DNA from: Mobula birostris
Taxonomy: Eukaryota
Assembly (NCBI RefSeq): GCF_030028105.1
Contig: NC_092371.1
Span: 14,839,884-14,903,883 of the forward strand
Length of the DNA: 64,000 nt
Reading direction: 5' to 3'
Under the pieces are notes generated by a model. That model had not been told where the DNA came from. It saw only the letters and a program-made list of their open reading frames with translations, and ran no database searches. The position numbers were made by a program, and so were the translations under genes. Of the stretch, positions 1-11,077 are shown piece after piece. Numbering within the stretch: the first letter of the stretch is position 1; each line of letters begins with the position of its first letter.

Positions 1-730
1 CACACAGACATCTAAATGACATTATGAAAATCACAAATGCCAAGAAACTGGTCTCTGATGTTGACAGGATGGCTAAAGGGTAGAGATGTCAGGTATCTGG
101 AAGCAGTAAGTGAAAAATAAGTGACGCTGTTCGATGCACTACGACACGAAAGCAAAATGCATTATGAAATATTGAGTGTCATAATATTGTGACTCATTCA
201 TTTTCTGACTATTCTATTATTGTAAATGTGATCACTTCAATAAAAAAAGAGGTTAAATCTGTTCATTGTCTATGCTTGATTGCTGGAAGGGGGCTAATAA
301 AAGTTAGGTGCAGTTGCGTCGCCTACGTTTACAATTTGTTACCTTCGGTCTACAGTTGTGTTTGCTAATGTTCTATTTCTAATGGTTTATTAACGGAAAG
401 GGTATGGCTGCCAAAACAATCTTAGCCAAAATAGCATCTTTTTTTCTCCTTCTCATCATGACTTTCTTGTAGCCTACGACTGTAAGTTAATACCAATCAT
501 AAAAAATAATACTTGCTAGGCAATCTTCTTCATAAGAAACGAAATTCGTCAAGTACAACACTGTTGTTATCGCAGAGACTGGGACGCATGAGAGCAGGTT
601 GAAAAAACGCAGGCAACGAAAGCTGTGGGAACACGCGCGCGTGCGTTCGCGCGTGCACAGCTGATCCGGTCCGCATGAAGTCGCATTTTGCCCAATCCGG
701 CCCATGACCGAAAATGAGTTTGACACCCCG
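1..730 (+). mobile_element. 3' end of hAT (Charlie/SPIN, GTF2IRD2-like) DNA transposon
   Basis: Transposase C-terminus (HLNDIMKITNA..KL..DVDR) at 1-120; right TIR ...GAGTTTGACACCCCG ending ~730; same as 60889-61618. Confidence 0.85.
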
Positions 731-807
731 TTGTATATTTAATCAGGAGCTTTCATGAAATGTTGCCCTTTATTGAAAAGCGTATAAAATACACACGTGC
801 AGAAGAT

Positions 808-1031
808 TTAAGACAAATTTGAGCTCAATAGGTGTGGAAAGTTATATTCGCAGTGGAGGCAGAGGAGCGATAGTTCGCCATGAAGCGGCTGATCATATCA
901 GAGAGGTTCGGCACACAATGAAATCCCAAGTATCCTCTTATTTATAAGGAGCTATGATATCGAATTCTGTCGGGTTTGCCGTGTTTACACCAGGACATTC
1001 CGTAGTAAAATCTCTTTGTGTAACTCAGAAC
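808..1031 (-). pseudogene. Highly degenerate V(J)-type Ig domain exon (paralog of 61697-61940)
   Basis: Minus strand reads YYGMSWCKHGKP; lacks part of the F-R-x-D segment present in the 61.7-kb copy. Confidence 0.4.
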
Positions 1032-2444
1032 TGCATTGGGTGATTGAAGACATGAGACAAATGAAAGGTACCGTAGAGATGCATGCAAGTTCTTGTTCCT
1101 AACACTCATGACCAATTTCCCACAGGATCAATAAACTATGACTATGATGTGTTGGACAAGTGAACGATAGTGCCGCCGTTAAGGTAATTTCAGTGCATGC
1201 TTCTCATTTCCGAGGTTTGCAGTGAAAACATTGTTCAATATTCAAAGTATTTCTATTGTCAAAGTATGTATACATTATTATCCTGAGATTCGCCTTCTTA
1301 CAGGCAGCCACAAAACAAAGGAACCTAAAAGAAACCATTAAAAGAACAAGACTGAAAAACAGTTAGTTGAATGCATGATAGAATGAAAACGGGCCACACT
1401 GACCGCTTTCCTGGATGTCCAGAGATTTTTACTTTCCAAATCTGCTCTGCATCTGCATGACAACAAGCAATCTAAAATTTATGGTCTGCTAGGTCGTAAA
1501 TTATACTGGATACAACAGATTTGCACTGAAAGGTGAGCACTAATGGTGTGGTGCCGGTAGAACTCAGCCATACACACATTCGCTTTCCTGCAACACTTAT
1601 CACATCCTGTTTGGCCTCCTACCATCAGGGAGAGTTACCGTACGTTTAGGACAAGGTCTGTCAGGACGGGAAACAGCTTGTCCCCACCCCACTTCTCAAG
1701 AGATAACTGCCAGCAATGTTTCAAAGATCAAAGCGCTATTATTAAAGTATGCATGCTGTATATAACCCTGAGATTTGTCTTTCCTAGGAAACAAAGAAAG
1801 GCCATGGAACACGTTTCAAGAAAAGAAAAACATACACACAAAAAATAATATCAAACATCCAAAATGCGAAAAAGAACAAACCGCGGAATCAACTAAAAGG
1901 GAGCAAATAATATACAGAATATAAACATCAAAACGCAAGAGTTCTTGACTTGTTCCGGGAGAAACTGCAACTGAGTCAGTTTAGGTCAGCTTGTGCTGGT
2001 GCTGCAGGCCACAGCCGCAGAGATATTTCCGCGCCAACTCGTACAAAAAGTAAATGCAAAGTAAATAAAAACAGACGGAGCATGAACTGCAGACTTTCCA
2101 AAACTAAGTCCACAGTCTTCTGATAATTCCACGGTGAAGCAACTTTAGAACACTTCCGTTCGTGAAATGTTCTCTCACAACATGCTGTAGTTTTGGGCTG
2201 GGTACGGTATTTTCTACAACCGACCCGAAGGCCTTGATAGAGTCGAGATGGAGAGGGTGTTTCCGATAGTACGGTTGTCTAGCACCACTGCCTTGACATA
2301 GAAGGGCATCCCTTTAGAACGGAGATGATGACGAATTTGTTTAGCAAGGAATCAATGGAATTAACCTCCACAAACAGCTGCAGAGGTCCAGTCATAGGGT
2401 ATGTTTAAAGCGAAATGGTAGTCAGTGTTTCGAAATAAGTCCCA

Positions 2445-2580
2445 GTCCTGAAGGAAAGTCTCGGACTGAAACATGAACTGTTTACTCTGTTCCATAGATG
2501 CTGCCTGACCTTCCGAGTTTCTCCAGCATTCTCAGTATGTTGCTTTGGCTTTCGAGCATCTGCAGATTTTCACGTGTTTG
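2445..2580 (+). mobile_element. Penelope-like element terminal repeat (degenerate hammerhead core)
   Basis: CAGTC-CTGAAGG-AAAG-TCTCGG-ACT-GAAA-C-ATG-AACTG followed by GATGCTGCCTGACC...CTCCAGCATT, a repeat that recurs across the window. Confidence 0.65.
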
Positions 2581-2837
2581 TGAGTTATTATTCTGGTCAG
2601 TCCCCATCGATTTGCACCAAGATAACAGCGCTGCACACTCCTTCCATCCATGTACGTTGTTCCAAACCTGTCTTACACCTTACAATTAGACCCGCATTCT
2701 TCACTTCCGCTGGGATCTGGTTCCACAGTCTCACCACCGTCTAAGTGAAGAAGTTCCCCTTCAGGTTTCTCTTAAATATTTACTCTTTCACCCTGAACCT
2801 TTGATCTCTATTTTAGTGTAACAATCTGGGGAAGTTT

Positions 2838-3215
2838 TTACTGCTAAGGTAATGGTCTTTCTGTAGAAGCAGTGTTTGGGTTATGGTTGGAGATAACGAG
2901 AGCTTTGGAATGTGCGCCGTCCAATGAATGGAGTGTGTTTTCGTATTGCGTGCCTGACACCGGGGTGAGCTGGGACGTCCGTTCGGCGGGAGATGAAGGC
3001 AGATGACGCCGGAGAGAAGAGGTCGTAGGACTCGAAGATTACATGATTCGTCGAAGCCCAAGGAGATTGAAGGAGGATCAGCGAAGGGGACAGATAAGCT
3101 CCAACTGCAAATGGGCCCTTTTCTTTCTTTTCCTTTATTAACCCTTCAGTCGAATTAGAATCATAAAGCTAAATCACTTAATTGTATGCGGTGTATAGTC
3201 TGTTATTTCTGTGGT
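2838..3215 (+). mobile_element. LTR-like element (solo or partial)
   Basis: Begins ACTGCTAAGGTAATGG..TTTGGGTTATG..AGAGATAACG, shared with 5943-6480 and 63778-64000; no coding domains. Confidence 0.45.
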
Positions 3216-3219
3216 ATTT

Positions 3220-3221
<2 letters not shown>

Positions 3222-3274
<53 letters not shown>
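3222..3274 (+). repeat. (GT)n microsatellite
   Basis: Direct reading of the sequence. Confidence 0.99.
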
Positions 3275-3275
<1 letters not shown>

Positions 3276-3719
3276 ATATGTTTATACATCTGTTGTGTTT
3301 ACGACCAAGATAATAAAACCGATTAGTGTAATCAAACAATGAATGTAGTTGGTCTGTTATTGTACCGAGGGACTGTGAAAGCATACCTTTGTTTTGCGCC
3401 CCATCTATATAGATTATCTTGTCGCATAAGAACTCCTGTTGATCGCTGGCTACGCCCTCCCCATCAGACTTCCTGTCCACCCTCATCAACATTACACGTC
3501 ACTCCTTCCTCCTTAACCTGCGTACCAAACTTATCCTTCACTTTAACTTCTTTGCAAATGTTCAGAAGAAATTCCGAGTGAAAGCGAGCCGCGCTACATA
3601 CTGTGCTGTGTTCAGGCGCGAAGTTAACCTGAAGCCCGACTATGCTTTGCCACTCCTCGGAAAACAAAATATATTGATTCCTTCCTGAACTTGGAGCCAT
3701 TATCCATCCATCCAGTCCA

Positions 3720-3810
3720 GTCACCATTGCATAGATGGTTTGTGGGAGCTTGCTTTGTAAATATTCGTCGGTACCTTTTCAACATCACAACATGGATTAC
3801 AAGAACCTCC
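3720..3810 (+). mobile_element. DeuSINE-like (Deu domain) remnant; second copy ~8335-8420
   Basis: TTTGTGGGAGCTTGCT..TAAATATT....CCTTTTCAACATCACAAC resembles the recalled Deu-domain consensus. Confidence 0.35.
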
Positions 3811-3879
3811 ATGGTGTAGTTAACAACCTGGCAAGGAATCAACAATCCATCAAGCTCCTCATTAACTATACCCAATGAT

Positions 3880-4330
3880 CTGGTTTCCGCAGCCGCCTGT
3901 GTCAATGTATTCCGAAGATTCACGACCTTGTGGCTGAAGAAATTTACCCTCATTTCTGTTCTAAAGGGACATCCCACTCTTCTGAGACTGTGCCCGCTGG
4001 ACCTCGACAGTCCCACTCTCAGAAACCTCCTCTCCATTTCCATTCTTTCTTGACCTTTGAATATTCGATAGGTTTTAGTCACATCACCCCTCATTCCTTT
4101 ACACTCCAGCAAGTATATGCCCGGAGTCATCAACACTCCTCATATGTTAACCGTTGCACTAATAGGATCATTCCTGTGAACCTCCTCTGGACTCTGCAAC
4201 GCTAATATATGCTTTCATAAATATGTGTGCTGAAATCTGCTCACAATACTCGAAGAGCGGTTTGACCAATTAATTATAAAAACTCAGCATTATATTCTTA
4301 AATATCCGCCGCCCACACCCGCTTCCAACA
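3880..4330 (-). mobile_element. CR1 LINE RT C-terminal fragment
   Basis: ORF 3624-4136 contains MRGDVTKTYRIFKG..GHSLRRVGCPFRTEMRVNFFSHKVVNL, a CR1 ORF2 C-terminal motif. Confidence 0.85.
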
Positions 4331-5942
4331 CAGCCATCGTCATTTGGAAATAACAGCACCGAACTTATCGACCACATTCAGATTTAAAATTAACCCCGAT
4401 AAGGTAGCGGCCCCCACCACCTACTCCCTTTCCTTCTCTGGAAAAAGGCGTCCTGCCGTAATGGGAGCATATTACTCAGTGTGTGATCTGACAGCTGCGA
4501 GTAGACTGCATTATTATGTGTTTGCAAACCCAGTCCATCTGCATGTACTTGGTCCGCGTAAACAGGAAACCCGCAGAACGCCTCTACCTGTTTACAGTGC
4601 AACGGAACGTTTATTAATAAGCATTGCATTTGCTGTTCATCAATAACAAAGGATCCCACACCTCCTTTGCATCGACCTTACAACCCAATGAACCCGCGTC
4701 TGTGATTAACACACGGTTATTTTTAAAAAACAGAAAAAATTAATGAACATAAATAGAATACATTAAATATTATAAAAGATTAGTGTTATTTGTCATACGT
4801 AGGAAGAAGCATACAGGGCCTTTTGCGTCAAATCAAATCAATAAGGATTGTGCTGGGGACAGACCGGAAATGTCAGCATGCTTTTGGCGAGAACATTTAT
4901 TTACTTGGTATTTATGCATTTCCCTATCTATCTGTCTTTATATCTATCTATCTAGCTAGCTAGCTAGCTATTTATTTATTCAGAGATACGCTGCATAACA
5001 GGCCCTTCTGGCCCAACGAGCAGAGCCGCCCAGTAACCCACTGTTTTCACCCAAGCGCAATCACAGGACAATTTACTACAACCAACTAACCCGCTAACCG
5101 GAGGATGCCGCACCTTAAACTATTTAACTGGCATGTGGGTATTTTAGATAACTGAAAAAAAGTCATGAAAAGTTTCATAGCATTTATTGATGAGCGCCTG
5201 GAATACCCATGCAGAGAGTATTTATTCTACATTTGCAATGAAGATTTAAACACTATGTGTTACTGGGTAATAAATAATACTGGGTATAAAACTTTAATAC
5301 GGTCCACTGGAAAGGTGAGCATTAATAATGTGAATTACAGTGCATGGAGTTTGTCTGGTAAACTAGATTGGATCATAATCAACCTATTGAATCCCTTCCT
5401 GATGTCAGATGTCAAAGCCACAGTATGGTGCACGCCAGTTGCCAGTTGAACCGGATAGTTGTCAACTTAATGCAAGAGGGAACTACAGCTTAATGCAGGT
5501 GGACGTTCAACATCCCTGTCAGTTGATCCGCACAGGACCTAAGGTCATGGCCAAGTATATAATCCGACCCAAATAACCCCCGAGTAAACCAGAAAGAATG
5601 CTGAAAAAGATGTCCTGAGTGCCCGAGTTACAAGGAGAGGTTGTATAGACTAGAACTAATCTTTGAAACGTCAGAGATTGAAGACTGAAATGATAGAGGT
5701 ATATAAGATCAGGAGAGGCATAGACAAGGCGAAAGAACGTCGCTTTTTTTTTCAGAGAACGCGTGCTCGGGATAAAAGGGCGGAGATTTAATATCAGGTG
5801 CGAGAGATTTAAGATGAAAAGCAGGAGCAACTTTTCACGGAAAGAGTGGTGCGTGTTTGTAAGAAGTTGCCAGAAATTCTCATCGAGAATGGTGTGTAAA
5901 GCACTCTAAGGTTTCGTTGCTAATATAGTAGCCTCTCGGTAA

Positions 5943-6480
5943 TGTCTCACTGCTAAGGTAATGTGTTTTTTTTCCGTAGCAACAATTTTTGAGTTATGAC
6001 TAGAGATAACGGGGACTTTGTATCTAATGATAGGCATATTGTCATTCCTTGTGGGTCAGGGAGCAGGGTTTTCGCGGACTATTGTCGGGGAGAGATGACA
6101 AGAGAAGACCCGAATGGAGAGAGTTGGTAGACCGCCGGACAGAGTGGACTTGGAGCGAGGGTCGGCTACGCTCGGAGGAAATCGACGGGGAACGAATAGA
6201 CGGAAACATAAACTCCAACGTGCGCATTAGACTGTTTCACGTGAATGGGCACTTTTTCTTGTTTGTTTCTTTGCTAACCATATAGTTAAATTAAGAATTA
6301 TAAAGCTCAATCGTTTAATAGCATATTATGTACTGTTTGTAATTTCATGGTACTGATTTGTAACAGGGTAACACATCTGGCAGCATCTACCTAAACATGC
6401 TTTCTTATGTTTGGCCGAGCCGGTGGCTGCCTTCCCCAAGAGTAAGCCGCTAGCCGAACCGAGGGCTGCACGTCCGTTTA
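5943..6480 (+). mobile_element. LTR-like element of the same family as 2838-3215
   Basis: CACTGCTAAGGTAATG..GAGTTATGACTAGAGATAACGG start and a similar AT-rich 3' part (ATAAAGCT.AATC..TTAAT). Confidence 0.45.
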
Positions 6481-7129
6481 CAAAATCTAAAATTCCATCA
6501 ATTCAAGCAGAAGGATAGGAGAGGTTTGGAGGTATATGTTTCAAACTCGAGCACATGGGACTAGTTCACTGGCAACACAGTGCGCATGGAGGAATTGGGC
6601 CGAAAAGTCTGTTTCCGCACTGCATGACATCACGACGGCTTTTGAAAGACACTGAAATTATTTCAGGAGACTAAGTCATAGCAACCACAGATTAGAAACA
6701 GGGAACAAATGAGCTTTGTGCAAGAGGTTGTTGTGATCAGGAACTAAAGCTCAAGCGGTCTAGTAGATTTTCAATGAGTAGTGCATTGAACAAGAACAAC
6801 ACAGGAACATGCTGTTCGGCCAACTATGTTTTCGCCGAATACAGTGACAAATTAAACTTATTCTCGTCTGTCTGAAAGTTGTGCAGATACTGTTATATTC
6901 ATGTTTTTGTCGAACAGACTCTTAAAGGCCGCTGTCATAAACACAAGAGGTTCTGTATATGCTGGAAATACGGAGTAACGTACGCAAAATGCTGGAAGAA
7001 GTCAGCAGACCAGGCAGCATCTGTGGAAAGGAATAATTACAGATTGACTGATTATCCCCCTCCATAGATGCTGCCTGATCTTCTGAGTTCTTCAGCATGT
7101 ATGTGTGTTATTCCTAAACGCTATTATCG

Positions 7130-7760
7130 TATACGCATCCAAAATCTGCCCCAACAGCCCGTACAAGGCACCCATCAATTCATGTGCAAAAATACCTACT
7201 CTATATATTTCATTTAAGTTTGCTGGATCTCATCTTAAATCCTCTAGCATTCGGCATTTCTATCCTGCGTTGTATCAGGTCTCGGACTCTCACTATCTTT
7301 CAAGTTTTGAGCGGGTCGTCTTTCACCCTCAGGGTCTCCTGAGAAAACACATAAAATATCCACCCTCTCCATATGGCTCATGCCATCTAATCTAGGCAGA
7401 ATCCTGGTAAACCTTCTTTGCACCCTTTCCAAAGTCCCCGCAGCCTGCCTGTAATGTCCAGAACTGCACACAATACATGAAGTAGCTTAACCAAAATTTA
7501 ATATGCTGCAACATGTCACCCCAACTCATATTCTGAATGTTCCGACCAATAAAGGCACGAATTACATATGCATTATTTACCACCTTATGTACGTGGTGGC
7601 TACATTCAAAGAGTTATGGACTTGGAACCCAGGAACCCTCTGTACTATCAAAATTTTAGGTGTCCTGGCATTAGCGGTATAGTTTGCTCCTTATATTTGA
7701 CAACTTCCGTACCTGCAGTGTAAAACCTCTCAAGTTACGCGGAATAAATCGATCCCCAAC
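7130..7760 (-). mobile_element. CR1 LINE RT fragment
   Basis: ORFs 7244-7471 and 7392-7583: YRQAAGTLERVQRRFTRILPRL; YCVQFW. Confidence 0.85.
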
Positions 7761-7954
7761 ACAAAAGTTCTGCAGATGCTGGAAACACACGAATAAAATG
7801 ATGGAGGAATTCATCAGGCACACACTAACTCCTGGAGGAAAATAGCAAGCAGGCAGCATCTATGGAAGAGTACAGTGGACGTTTCGAGCCAAGGTCCTTC
7901 AGCAGGGTCCTGCACATGTGTTTATGTGTGCATGTGACGAGCGCTTCCACCAAA

Positions 7955-9635
7955 ATAATAGACCCAATTAGTGCTACCGTACACTCAATATAATTGGTTC
8001 ATTATTGTGCCGATGAACGGTGAAATATTATGTTTTTCTTGCATCTCATCTGTACAGCTCATTTTCTCACATCAGTACAACTTGATCGCTGGCTCCTCCC
8101 ACCGTAGCTTCCTCCCCCCTCCACCCTCATCAACACTTCACACCTTCCTCTTAACCTGCGTACCCAGCTTATGTTTAACTTCAATTTCCATGTAACTGTC
8201 CAGAAGGACTCCCGAGAGGAAGGGAGCCGCAGTGCCCATTGTGCCGGCTTCAGGCAAACAGTTAAACTGAGGACAGTCTATCCATTGCCACTACACTGAA
8301 AACAACAGAAACTGATCCATTCGGAGCAGTCAGCATTGCATAGCCAATTTGTGGGAGCTCTCTGTGTACATATTGATCAGTGCCTTTTCAACATTGCAAT
8401 GTTGATTACAAAAACACTCCGTTGTGTTTGGAAAGGCGCGCAGGAGGCGTGGAAAATGATGGAAGAGTGAGTTTGTCATTGATAAAACTCGTTGGGAAGG
8501 GAGTTCATAAGCTCCATTTGAATGGCTTTTCCTGACCTTCCTTCCTCATTAATTCGATTTTCAGACCATAAGAAACGGGAACTGAATCAGGCCACTCGGC
8601 CCAGAAACTCTTACGCGATTCCATCATGGCTGATTTATTTTCCCTCTCAAACCCATTCTCCTGCCTTCGCTGCATAACCTTTACAACCCTTCCAAGTCAA
8701 CAACCTATAAATCTTCTCTTTAAGCATACTCAATGACTCGGTCTCTACAGTCGCCTGTGGCAATGGATTCCAAAGATTCACCACCCTCTGGCTAAAGAAA
8801 TTCCGCCTCATTTCTGCTGTAAAGGGACATCCCTCTATTCTGGTCATAACCTACCCTATTCTTGGAAACATCCTCTATTTAGGCATTACAATATTCGGCA
8901 GGTTTCAATGAGACCCCCCATCATTTTTCTATACTCCAGTGAGAATACAAGCCGATACCTATCGAAGCACCTCTTACGTTAACTCATTCAATCGCGGAAT
9001 CATTCTCGTAAACCTCCTCCGGACCATCTCCAATGCCAGCACATTCTTTCATCCACATGGGTTCTCAAATTTTCTCACAGTACTCCAAATGATGTTTAAC
9101 CAATATTATAAAAAAACCTCAGTATTGCATCGTTGCTTTTATATTTTAATTGATGGCCCTTCGCTTCGGCATCCGTTGCCCCTCGCCCGGTTCCAACATA
9201 ACTATGGCAACCTGGAAACATCTGCCCACCCACCCGATCTAAAACTTTAAACTTTAAAATTAACCTCGACGAGGTCGCCGGCCCCACAACTCACTCACTT
9301 TGCTTCTCTGGAGAAAGGTTCCCTGCCATCACTAGGCTTTGCTGATAAATCTAATCAAACTTCTGCCCACAGTCTCACACCCTAGGTTGAGCACTGTGTA
9401 GTGTACTCTAAGTGTGATCTGAGCAACGCTAGTAGACGTGTATTTTTAAACCGCGTTCTATCTGCAGCTACTTGGCCCCGAGTAAACAGGAAACCGGCAG
9501 CGCCCCTCTGCCTCTTTCCAAAATAAGCGAACATTAATTAGTAAGCATTGCATGTGTTTTCCTTCATTACAAGGGTCTCACCCCTCCCTTGCATCGACCT
9601 TACAAAGCGATGAACACGCACCTGCAGTTAAAACG
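7955..9635 (+). repeat. Old direct duplication, copy b (upstream region of V pseudogene A)
   Basis: Colinear with 3300-4720, including a minus-strand CR1 fragment (~8560-9120); ends at the ATG of the candidate leader. Confidence 0.8.
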
Positions 9636-9697
9636 TAGAACTTGGTCACGAACACTGAGATACTTCGCGGTATTTGTGCTCTCTTACCTACTGCAAG
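9610..9697 (+). pseudogene. Candidate leader exon of V pseudogene A
   Basis: MNTHLQLKRRTWSRTLRYFAVFVLSYLLQ+G: basic n-region, hydrophobic h-region, ends in phase 1 as needed for the V exon; donor reads AT (CAAG|ATTAGC) instead of GT. Confidence 0.4.
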
Positions 9698-9749
9698 ATT
9701 AGCGACCCGCATGTCGTGCGGTAAAGAGTTTGGGCAGCGAAGTCAGAAG

Positions 9750-10090
9750 ACATTCAGAAGACATTTGGTCGAAGAAAAAGGAGTTTCTAATACCAGAGTT
9801 CATACATTTTAAGGAGGAAGGGGGTAATTTCAAAGGAAATGTGAGGGGCAGTGGTTTTTACACAGATAGTGGTGGGAGCCTGGAATGTGCTGGGGTGGTG
9901 GTAGATGGAGACACATTTGGAACTTTTAAGACACATTTAAGTATGCGCATGGACGTGAGGAAAATCGATATTATGTCGGTAGAAGAAATTAGATAAGCAG
10001 TTGATTATTAACGTAATTAGTGCGGCACAGCATTGTGCGCCGAAAGGCCTGTTACTGTGCTGTATTTTTCTATGTTCTATGCTCCATGTT
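9750..10090 (+). mobile_element. CR1 LINE 3' end
   Basis: FKGNVRG..FYT..GVVV motif, GCCGAAAGGCCTGTTACTGTGCTGT and a TTCTATG tail. Confidence 0.8.
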
Positions 10091-10776
10091 TTGTTTAACT
10101 ACCGATGGTCAATAATCCAAGAAGGTAGAATGAGGAAGGTAGATTACTCGAGAAGCAAGGTGCGATAAATTTATTCTTACCTTACCAGGGATTGCAATAA
10201 TTGAGGGATTGCCAATGGTGCTTTTAGAAATGAATTTGGATAGAACTATGGGATTAGGGTAGCGAGTAGTGCAATTAATTGTCCAGAGTGAGCCCACTAC
10301 TCTTTTTGTGTTCTAAAGAGCTAATTTGTAAAAATATGCCGTTTGGTTGAAGTCGCGCCATGTTACCGGCGAGTGGACCTGATGCCAGCTCTTCTGAAAT
10401 AATATCAAACAACTGTGGCGTGACGGCAGGGCCGGTCGCTGGGAACAGGGGACGGGTTCGCATTTAATACAAAATGCTATGTTATCGTGGTCCTTAGCAC
10501 ATGAAAACGCCCCCGAATGAGGGGGAGACAAATTCAGTTGTTGACTAGACCATAGCAGAAATCACAAGCGCAAACTGTTTCAAGGTTAATCATACTTTTG
10601 GGATCAGGTTAAATTTCATTAGGTAGGGGCCGGTAACACACCGGCGGAAAAGTGTAGTGCACTATTTCAACTGCGAAGTATCCAGTAATCACTCGGATTT
10701 TATCTTTAATAATGCCAGGCCACCAGGAGGGTAATCCGAGATGAAAACTTTCCGTCCTCATTTTGTGTTTCTCAAG

Positions 10777-11077
10777 CCGTCTTGTTCCAATTGCCGCCAA
10801 TTCAGACGGTCCGTGTCCCATCTGAATTATAGTCGGGATCTCGGTCTGTTTGCTTTAGTAAATTGGTATAAACAGGGCGATCAAAGACATATGCGGTTCA
10901 TTTACAGAGTGGGCAGATTCGTGAATGTGGTGAGGAGGTTCTTGGAGCAGGTGGACGCAAAATCGGCCAGCTACTCCATGGTGATTGAAAACTTCTAGCG
11001 AAATGATTCCGGGATCTACTACTGCGCAGTGCATCTCCACTGCGATTTCGCCAATGGATCCAAACTAATCGTCACAG
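10777..11077 (+). pseudogene. Germline-joined V-J Ig-superfamily exon, pseudogene A
   Basis: Acceptor TTTCTCAAG|; AVLFQLPPIQTVRV [frameshift] HLNYSRDLGLFALVNWYKQG...MVIENF*RNDSGIYYCAVHLHCDFANGSKLIVT; phase-1 donor ACAG|GTAACC. First Cys is Tyr, in-frame TAG, 301 nt. Confidence 0.93.

Larger units (their letters stand above)
1..3065 (+). repeat. Segmental duplication copy 1 (paralogous to 60889-64000)
   Basis: Colinear match to 60889-64000 that crosses a hAT end, unique DNA, LINE/PLE fragments and an LTR-like element; 6 mismatches in the first 120 nt by manual count, with small indels elsewhere. Confidence 0.95.
3300..4720 (+). repeat. Old direct duplication, copy a (homologous to ~7955-9635)
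   Basis: Same order of SINE-like fragment, CR1 fragment and unique block (AAATTAACC..GA; TAAACAGGAAACC; TAAGCATTGCAT; TTGCATCGACCTTACAA..ATGAAC); strongly diverged. Confidence 0.8.
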
